A stretch of 64,000 nucleotides of DNA. It comes from Octopus bimaculoides. Taxonomy: Eukaryota. A program made the position numbers and the translations under genes. Position 1 is the stretch's first letter. Every line of letters begins with the position of its first letter. The notes under the pieces were generated by a model. The model had not been told where the DNA came from, ran no database searches, and was given only the letters and a program-made list of their open reading frames with translations. Below, piece after piece: positions 54,500 through 64,000 of the stretch. Location: NCBI RefSeq assembly GCF_001194135.2, contig NC_068986.1, positions 7,220,501 to 7,284,500 of the forward strand. The letters are read 5' to 3'.

Positions 54500-56400
54500 G
54501 ATACAGAAACATGACTAAGCAACTAAGTTATTTGTATAACTATTATATCTGCACATACATTCAGCAAAAGCCTAGTGGATAAAAAGAATACAGCAGTTAA
54601 TTTAGAAATAAAGTTAGCATCTGATCTGATCTTATATTCGTATTCAGGAGTAAGACACCGAATATCGATTAAACCAACTAAAACAGTTTTTATGTAAGAT
54701 TAAAAATAAAGTTCAGTTCCAAAGACGAAGTCGATATACTGAAGCACATAATCATTAATTTCAGAAATATATTTTCAACAGATATTTCAAACTGAATTTC
54801 AGACATACAGCTCTCAAATTTTTATCTTGCGTAATTTCTCTAAATTTGTGGTCTAACGAACAATGCAGCTTTCAGCTCTCCTTCAGTTAAAAATGGAAAC
54901 TATGGCAAAAAAATTTGAATTTCTTTTTCATCATTATGAAAATATTTGTTTTCGTGTCATCTTAACTATATTGTGTTGCAGTGATAAAATAACGTTTATT
55001 TGACCAACAATAAATTTGTTTTCAAATAATATAACACTTTAAATTCTTAGCAAGAATCTCTTTTTGGTGTTCCTTTTAGTGGAAATGACATATTACTCTT
55101 GCTACGCCATAAATAAAATAAAAAATATTTTTAGCAAAAGTTTTGGAATTTAAATTGTGTCAGACAAACGAAACTCTATATGTGAAGATATACTAAAAGT
55201 ATTTGAAGAACAGGCTGTCTATTATACAACGAAATTGCATAAATACATCTCACTGAAGACTTAGGAAACTGTAATTTCTAATCAGATAATCAATTAAACT
55301 TTTGCATTAAATGATTCTTTTCTTTTTAAAGAATTCTATAACAATTTTTGCATAATGATATAAAATTGATCTGTTTTTGCTAACAGTTTTTTTTCTGTAA
55401 ATTTAATCTGGAAGACATATATAAGCACAGCAAATAGTCTTCATTATCTAAATAAACAATGTAGGGATGTGCTGTGTTTAAAAACAATATACATCAGAAT
55501 GAGGCGAAAATCATAGCAACAGCAGCAGCTATTGAGACCATCAGATGCAGTTCTATCTCATTGGGCGTTGCCTGGCATGAACTCACATTAAGCCACGTGG
55601 TTAGACGAAATTTGCCGCCATTGATATTATATAGAAAAACAGTGAATAAAAATCCACTGGTATTGCAAATAGCTGCCCGGCTTCCGTTCTATGCAACAAA
55701 ATCAGTATTAAATTATAAAAGGAATCAATATATTATGCTTGATCTTAATACCTCGCTGAAAGGCAAGATGTATAAATGGCTAGTTTTATCTAATGTTATT
55801 TCTGCTGCATATAACGGATTTGTACTTTTATATATTACCAAAAATATATTTTGAAATAAGATGGTTAAAAATGAAAAATCTATGCGAATTTTTTATGAAT
55901 AGTAAAAATGCTTATGAATTTTGGAACCAGCATACACAGAAATGTATATCGATTTCTTTTGCTTGTAAATAAAGCATCAAATTCAATAAAAAAAATGAAT
56001 GCAGGCCAATGTTATAGTTCTGATAGTTTCAAACATTAAATATTTATATCTAATAACTCGTGTATTACAAGAATATTGGGGTTAGATTTAATGGATAATA
56101 TATATCTATTTTGTTGTAAGCAGCAGCAGATACATAAACACCGCTTTTGATAGGTTGGAGGAGTGAATAAGTGAATTATTTGAGAAAAATTTGCCTGAAA
56201 AGATTCAAGACAATCTAAGAATATATTTTATTATGAAGCAGTTCCTGATTGAACACAAAATTAGATACATTACGGGGAAGTTAATGTCAGTTGAAAACTT
56301 GAAGCATCACAAAACGTTATTTCCTTTTGTATCTCGGTAAATTGTTCTACCTGTTACCTCAATAGACGATTCAGAATAATTTCTTTGTACTACAATAGGA
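54500..56400 (-). mobile_element. Ancient DNA transposon relic, Chapaev3-like transposase
   Basis: FPFLTEGELKAALFVRPQI.REITQDKNF (near 54810-54899) resembles FPxLSEAKIKEGIFVGPQIRxLxxD; QWIFIH and NGGKF (55608-55660) resemble EWRLFID and HNGN, in the expected order. Superfamily label from memory. Confidence 0.55.
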
Positions 56401-57187
56401 AAGTTGGACAGATCACTATTATAGAAGAACTCAAACACGAAGCAGTTTAAGCAATTGTTTTACAGTGCATGTGTTTCACTGAATGTTGGCCTAATTAAAT
56501 ATTAATCAATTAAAATACTTTTTATAGATTTATAATTTATTATTTACAATGACCATATTCAAAATAATTAGACTGTTTTTTTTTTTGTTCTTTTGAATCA
56601 AAACAGATATCAAACATCAAATCATTTCATAGAGCGTTTTATATTAATCTAAGTTTTGGTCTGATATGCAAATGAAAGGATTTAAGAACAAATATAAAAA
56701 GTCTTGTTACTGGTTTAGTTATTGTTTAAAATATCAATTTACTGTTTTTGAAACTGTCAGTTCTAAATTTTGAAACGTTTTGTTATAATAAATATTTGCA
56801 AAGTTCAAGAGATACTGAGGTTATTTTACTTGCTTTTAAATTACACTGAATTCGTAACAAAAGTACAAGAGACTGCTCTTATATATATCAGCGGTTCATT
56901 AGTCGCTATAAGTCTAGCAAATGTCAAATTAACAATTTCAACACTTGATTCGAATTGGCTGATGCGAACGAGCCTTATCATATAATGCCAACCAAACGTA
57001 TTTAAAAGCCGTGATTGTCTCATCATTTCATATATGGTATCCGAATGATCAGAGAAGTCCATGCGTCTGTTAATGTATACATTATATATATATATATATA
57101 CGGTTTAGATATAGATTCAAGGTTGAATATGGTACTTATGCGTAGGCACCCGAATATCGCATCCCAAAAGGATAGGTGATTAAAATA

Positions 57188-57714
57188 AAAAAATAAGCAA
57201 CACGAATTTCAAAGGTGATTGCAGTACGCACGTTTCATGCTACTTCAATTTATTTAAGTAATGCGAGCATTACCTTAAATGCAATATGAAACGCAATCTT
57301 CAGCTGCACGAAAATGCAGAAAAAATTACTGTAGAAAAGACATTATAAATGTGGCAACATTTCAAATCCAAGTGGGAGAGGGAATACATAAAAATCCAAA
57401 TGTGAGGAAGAATACATAAGTCCATCTTGACATAGCGGAGTCTATCAGACTAGCCTAATAGACTCGGCTATGTCAAGATGGACTTATGTATTCTTCCTCA
57501 CATTTGGATTTTTATGTATTCTCTCTCCCACTTGGATTTGAAATGTTGCCACATTTATAATGTCTTTTCTACAGTAATTTTTTCTGCATTTTCGTGCAGC
57601 TGAAGATTGCGCTTCATATTGCATTTAAGGTAATGCTCGCATTACTTAAATAAATGGAGTAGCATGAAACGTGCGTACTGCAATCATCTTTAAAATCCGT
57701 GTTGCTTATTTTTT
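57188..57714. repeat. 527-bp near-perfect palindrome (foldback/MITE-like)
   Basis: Arms 57188-57445 and 57458-57714, 12-nt loop, about 7 substitutions and 1 indel by eye; between (TA)n tracts. Confidence 0.92.
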
Positions 57715-60629
57715 GATATATATATATATATAATTATATATATGCGTGTGTGTGTGTTGATGTATTGTTGCTTCAAAATTCTATTTACGTTACACTTTCT
57801 ACAGCGGTTGGGATATCTTCAAATTTTCTATTAAGCACTTTTTTTTTATAAATGCCTCGTTTATACGAATCACAATATGCCATATCATGTTCTCACATGA
57901 CGCTTAACCAGTTCCCCCACGAGACAAACCTGATGAGGAGTGTTGGTAGAACATCAGTCTAGAGAAACAATACTTGGACGGATGTAATGAACGCTGGATC
58001 AACGATGGTCTAGCAACAGCGATTTCGAACTCCTCAGTTAAAATATCTAGTGTGCCGCTAGACCGCTGAAAATGTTACGCACCGTAGTTTTAATTAATTC
58101 ATGTCTGTAAAAAAAAAGGCACCGTGTGTCCCCACCCTCACCTGCGGTGTATAATGTGAAACGAAAATGAATTAAGAGAAATGACTGAAAGTGACCAGTG
58201 AAGTATTTGAACAACAAAGACAAACAAGGACATATTAAATAACATAGAAGAAAATTGTTTATTTATTGAAATGATCTCTTGGTGTCAAGTGGTACACCTC
58301 CAAATGTTAAGGGGTCGATAAGCTCAAGAATAAAAAAATTCTCTATAATTGACCTGCTATTAAGAAAAAGAGTGTCCTGTAGTCCTCAGATAAGAGGAAG
58401 GTAAAGATGGAGTTCTGCCTCTGCAGGCACCATCAGCACAGCAGGTACCCCACAGAATTTCCATCAGAACGATACACCTAGACACAGACGTTTATACATA
58501 CACTTAGAGTTTATGCTGTGAAGAAAGGAAAGAGGAAATTCGGAATAGCCTCTGCTTCAGTAAACGAATGCACACACACACATAACTTGAACTAATATTT
58601 AAACTTCATACCTCATGTAAGAGACAGATATAGATAAAATATGGTAAACGGTCAAGAAGTCATGCCGTTGTCTTTTGTTTTTGTGTGTATGATGAACTTA
58701 TGGAATAAGATACAAACCTTGTATTTCAGAACTTAAATTGGTGTCCAAAAGGATAAGTACATAAAAATGCAAAGGTATTTTGGTGTTCTTAAACAAAAAG
58801 AAATGTCGATGCAAAAATAAGAGCGTTTGAATTAAAGTTCTCAGATAAATATTTCTAAAAATTCAGCAAATATCAAATACACAGAATGTTGAAAAAAAAA
58901 ACAACAAAAAACAAAAACAAAAAAAAACATTTCTTGACTCCACCGCAAACCTACTGACATTTGCTTTTATTGCTGGTATAGGAAATAGAATCCCATCTCT
59001 CTTTTAAAAAAGCTTGATTATAAACGAAGATTTATGTCTTAGTTATACATTTTGTTAGAGTGACGGCGAAGTGATAGAAACGGTAAAGCACCAGCCTGAA
59101 TTGCTTTCAATATTTCGTTCCATATCTCTGCCTTTGGGCTTTAAATGCTGTCAGATCAGATTTTTATCTAAAAGAAGTTGATAAAAAAATAACTCGTCAT
59201 GTAATTGCATCAAATAGATCATTATATCAGCTTTGTGCAAATCAATATATTTAGTCGAATGTATAAAGGAATGGTTCCGCAAATATGACCGCATGTCTTT
59301 TGAACTCATTTTAGAAATCTGTATTATTTGTTTCATTAAAATCTTATATCATAAACTATGTAAACCCCAACAATAAAGAAACATGATGAGGAGTCACGGC
59401 TGAAACAAAACTCGACAAAGAACAATGGTTGTTCTCTTATTTCCTCTCCAATATTGGATATTGATATTTCTGTTCAATATGAAATCATTTCTCACTTTGG
59501 TAAATAATACTTAACTTGGATAGGTTCCACTCAAGCTATTGAAGAAAGTGTCTATTCAACCATTTTGGTGTCGGTTTTAAAAGCTCCAATGATATTTGGG
59601 GTTGGATTGAAATGTAAAGTTATGGTTGCTAGCTTCTCGCCTTTCGGAAGTTGAAGAGGAAATGTCGAAATAGATGGCTCATTAGTACTCATGTGATTCT
59701 TTAAAGTCTCTTACAGTAAAGATTCAGACATTAAGCCAACATTTCTTTGATGTCAACATTTTGGCAGACAAGTTACTTTTGTCAAATCAAACAATCGAGT
59801 CTGAGAAACGGAAGCCTTATCTTTAGATTTTAGTTCGGAAAATAGCAGCACCAGCATAAATTTGTGAACATACGTGTATGAAAGTTGCTATGTATCGTGT
59901 GTTGTGTGTGTGTATGTGTGTATGAGAGTGAGTGTCTGTTTGTGAGTGGTTGTATCTGTGTGTGTGTGTATAACTGCGCGTATATTCTTGTCTGTTCTCT
60001 CCTCGGAGCCACTTCAACAGACTATACGATGCCGTTTTTCTTTTCAGAAATAGTTTTGTTAAAAATATTAGTTATTAAGGTGTAGAAGTAATTTGTCATC
60101 GTTGGATAAAATATGACAGTTTATTTCTCTAAGATATATTGAAAGTAAGGAGCACTATTATTAATTGCTTGGATGAAACCCCATTTTAGTTTTCCGTTGT
60201 GTTCAATTTTTAATACTGTTTGACCTGTTTAGTATATACTGGTTAGTTCCAAATATAACGTTGTGTATGTCATAAATGTTCGCATCAAGTGCATTGGTTG
60301 CCTCATTCAATGTCATTATTTAGCATTATACTATGCAAGGATTGTTCCCGTCATTAATAGTCTACGTTTGTAGGGAATTCTGTATAAGATGGATGCATAG
60401 TTTGCTAATATTTTCCTATATAGTTCTATGTGATGTAGTACATTGTGATTGTTCTATGTTGCCAGTAGTGTGTGCTAGTGGGAAGGTGTCGGAATTGTAT
60501 GACCCATGAAATAATTGGAGTTGTGGAGTTTAGAAGTCTCACGTAAATTGGAAAATTATAAAAGTAGATTGTATTCTTTTAGCACACGTTGAAATGAAAA
60601 ATACCCTCCACCCACCAGCATACACCGCT

Positions 60630-60780
60630 TCGTTTCCTTTGCGCTTCCCAACCACATGGTTCCGGGTTCAGTCTCCCAGCATAGCACCTTAGACAAGTGT
60701 CTTCTACTATAGCCTAGGGCAGACCAAAGCCTTGTAATTGAATTTAGTAGACGGAAACTGAAAGAAGTCTGTCGTGTATG
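60630..60780 (+). mobile_element. tRNA-derived SINE, family E
   Basis: cttcccaaccacatggttccgggttcagtc..ggaaactgaaagaag; homologs at 21945-22100 (+) and 108-262 (-). Confidence 0.75.
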
Positions 60781-60793
60781 TATGTATGTATGC

Positions 60794-60861
<68 letters not shown>

Positions 60862-60879
60862 CTGTTTATCTTCCTGATA

Positions 60880-63000
60880 AACAGCAGACCCATTTTCTTC
60901 AGTTTGACATCTCAAATTATTCCTCAATGTCACAAATTCTCTTAAACAGAGCCTTAATCTTCACCCGAAAATACGCACCCATCTTTCGATGTGAGGAAGA
61001 CTAATTAATTTTAAAGATCTATTATATCCCCAATACTAAGCTCAAAACTCAAATAGCACGTCTCTTTCCCAATACTAACCCCGAATCTACAGACAGTTCT
61101 TCCACTCAACACCAATCCAGCACCTCTCAAAAACTCCCCCTACACATCGCACTCAACAGCCCCACCGGCTACCCCGAGCCTATTACTATACAACCATCCT
61201 CTCCTGATCCACTCACTACAGCCACACACTCTAAACATTCTAATGCCAGGAAGCGGGAAATCTTATGGTTCGCACTACGTTTTTCTCTCCAACTTAAATC
61301 TCTACCTACAGTTTTCTTTAAAAATCTAATTTTCCACCACAGCACGAATATTAACTAACCTACCTTTCATAAATTATCCATGAAAATCTACTCCACCACA
61401 CCTAATTTGGGATCCACAATCGTCTCCTTTATCAGACGCAAACTTCAACACCAGTCCACAGAACACTCAAATTCTCACTAAAATTCATCCCCCTACTAGC
61501 AATAACCCTTAGTAATCCCCCCAACTAAATGATACTAAACTCAAACCATCTTCCCACAATTCTACCCACGCAACAACGTACACTAGCGGTAATACCGCCT
61601 CCCAATCCAATATTAATACAGATTTCACTCCAGGTTCTCCCTCACTAATTATGGACCAACGGAGCTCAACCTCCCTAGCAGTAAACGCCAACTACGCAGC
61701 AGGTAGGAAAGTTTGCAATTGTTGGGTTTCTCAACTATTCTCTCTTAGAGGCTGCCGTCTACGCAAAAATGTAGCCTACAAGCGCCGTGTTATAACACCA
61801 CGCTCCCACCAAGCAAGGGTATATATCGGCGGTACAGTTGATTTCAAGCGCCGCTACTGTGCACATATGAACTATTTCTTCAGTCCAAATTGTAAATCAT
61901 CAACCTCCTTAGCAACTTATAAACTCAATCTTAAGTCTCAAAATATTCCATATACCTTATCCTGGTCCATGGTAAGTGAGGCTCCCCCACACAATGCAAA
62001 CATCGGCATATGTAGATTATGTTTAAGAAAATTGCTAAGCAGCATTCTTCGCCTTCACAACCCTGCATTACTTAATAGATTCTCAGATGTAATTTTGTCT
62101 TGTAAACACAGGTACTACTCATCTTTCGCGTATTTTATTAAATCTATGTAATCCCATAACTAAAAGTATCAATACTCACAATTAATCTTCAACTAAGACG
62201 AAGTCAGTTCAGCAACCTACTACTTAGCAAATACTACCCCCTATTAATCTTTCTCATAATACCTTTCAAAATTCTAAACCACTACTTCCCACTTCTCTCA
62301 TAGCCCCCCACCCTCCTAAGTAGCCTCTTATTTCTCATCCTCACCCAAAGTACTTAATACTACCACACTCCTTTGGATATTAACCTGTCAACCTCTAGCC
62401 CCTCCTTATTGACATCACTCTACTCAATTTCATACACCTCTGCATGCCATGGCACTCCCCCTCCAATACCAACCCAATTCCTTTGCCTCACTAGCAACTG
62501 CTATATTGACCACCAACTCACGGCTACTCTACCCCTCTCTCTTCTCCCATACCTCTCTAATACTTTACTAATCTCCCTCAGCCACAGAACCAGTCAACTT
62601 ATTTCCCTCAAATAATTCTTTTTCTCACCATCTCAACCATTAATTCTACAGCCTTTATACAAACTAACACAAAGGGCCACCATCCACCTACTACCAAAAC
62701 CACTCTCCCCTTCCTCCTACTTCTACGACTATAACTCCCTACTAGCCTCCCTAGTAACCCCTAACCCTTGAAATTTTTTCTCCTCTCACTATTATCTGAA
62801 TACCTCCCCAATTCCTCCCTCTCGCCAGAAAATCATTCCGTTTTTGATCTTTGTCAACACCTCATATGTAAGATCTCTACCCTGAAGACAAAGGCTGGGT
62901 TCATCTGACAATGGGATCAATCTACAAACATTATTTTGGACCACTGAACCCCCAGAAACAGCTGTTGGATTTGTAATACTTTTTCAACCCCTTTAATTCT
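60880..63000 (+). mobile_element. Penelope-like element, 3' part with GIY-YIG endonuclease and long C/T-rich tail
   Basis: ORF 61651-62151: VYIGGTVDFKRRY..H..STSLATYKLNLK..WS..CRLCL..LLNRFSD..SCKHR. Upstream relics RKREILWF and YSTTPNLGSTI match the PLE linker region. Confidence 0.85.
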
Positions 63001-63946
63001 CGATAGCATTTCTATTCTGTGTAAGTCAGACCTTTTTGTATGTAAACATATATACATTTCTTAGTATTTTATGTATTTAATATACTTTGTATATTGGCCT
63101 GCCTAACTCGCTTATCCTTACATCTATGTTTGAATGTATGTATGCGTGTATGTATGTATTTAGGGTTTAAAGAATACGCGCGTACATTTATATGCACACA
63201 CGTAAAAACACTTCATAGTGTAGCGAATAGCAAATTCCATTTTGCTTTAATTATCACAAAAAACATGTCACTTTTATTCAGACATGTTCGGAATATTCTG
63301 ATGAAGGAAACGTTGCTTAATAATGTTTATTTAGAAAATGATAATTACGTCACACTGTTATTTTGAACATATTTATTTTTCTGAGCTTCGTATTGCTATC
63401 AAAACCAGCTTTCTAAGCTAGCAAATTGTCTTTTTATAGTAATTGCTTCATTACAGTTCTGAAAAGCAAAAATGACAGAAAGAACAATATCAATCAAAAA
63501 CAAAAAATAAATTATAGATAATTTATTTTGTTTTTCTTTTTTGTTGTATTTGACTAAAGATACTTTTGTCGTCGTTGATTCTCTTAATTTTGCATTGAGT
63601 GTTGAACAGTTGAAATTATCACTGGGAACCGTTGCAATTCTTATCATTAAGGCTGGTCTTAACTCACACTTGATTATAACTTATTCGACTATACTAAGTT
63701 ATAATCAACAGTTTTACAGTGAATTTTCATCTCAGTTGCTGCCCTCTAGCTTCTCATGTGTAATTCTATCTCTTGTGGCTCATAATTATGGTGTTTAATA
63801 ATAGTAGATATCAACATTGAACAGCAAACGAACTTTGAAGATTACCATCAACATCATCAACAAAACTAGTAAAAGTAATGATCATTTTGATTTGTCACGC
63901 GAGAAAAAAAAAGGGAATATGACGATCAAGATAACATTTAAAAGCA

Positions 63947-63986
<40 letters not shown>

Positions 63987-64000
63987 GTATATATATATAT

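Noticed and set aside
55474-55854. 126-aa plus-strand ORF, or a host exon on the minus strand
   Set aside because: Better explained as antisense to the decayed Chapaev-like transposase.
57929-57975. CTGATGA..GAAAC hammerhead candidate
   Set aside because: Helix II is not adjacent to the core and there is no NUH or stem I partner.
59240-59700. Possible LINE endonuclease relic (AETKLD)
   Set aside because: Single short motif, many stops, no second diagnostic motif.
63670-63708. Perfect 14-bp hairpin with 11-nt loop
   Set aside because: Short and very AT-rich; could arise by chance; no supporting context.

Overview
AT-rich, repeat-saturated eukaryotic DNA with five N gaps. The SINE and microsatellite repertoire looks like an octopus genome (recognition from memory, not a search). 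The only host coding sequence I can support is the terminal exon of a WDR37-like WD40 gene (33258-33380, +); no upstream exon was found, so most or all of 1-33257 is probably intron. The rest is transposon-derived: a near full-length but dead RTE LINE (~37750-41225, -), an RTE 5' UTR, an R4/Dong-type LINE 3' end inside an (AAT)n tract, several Penelope-like fragments, two decayed mariners, a Helentron/DINE-like element holding a Gypsy integrase fragment, Chapaev- and Harbinger-like relics, several SINE families and minisatellites. The most striking unexplained structure is RNA-level: hammerhead-ribozyme-like motifs of several architectures in Penelope-derived DNA, and a high density of long foldback palindromes (up to 527 bp), one built from a tRNA-like SINE head. 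All coordinates and alignments were done by eye.
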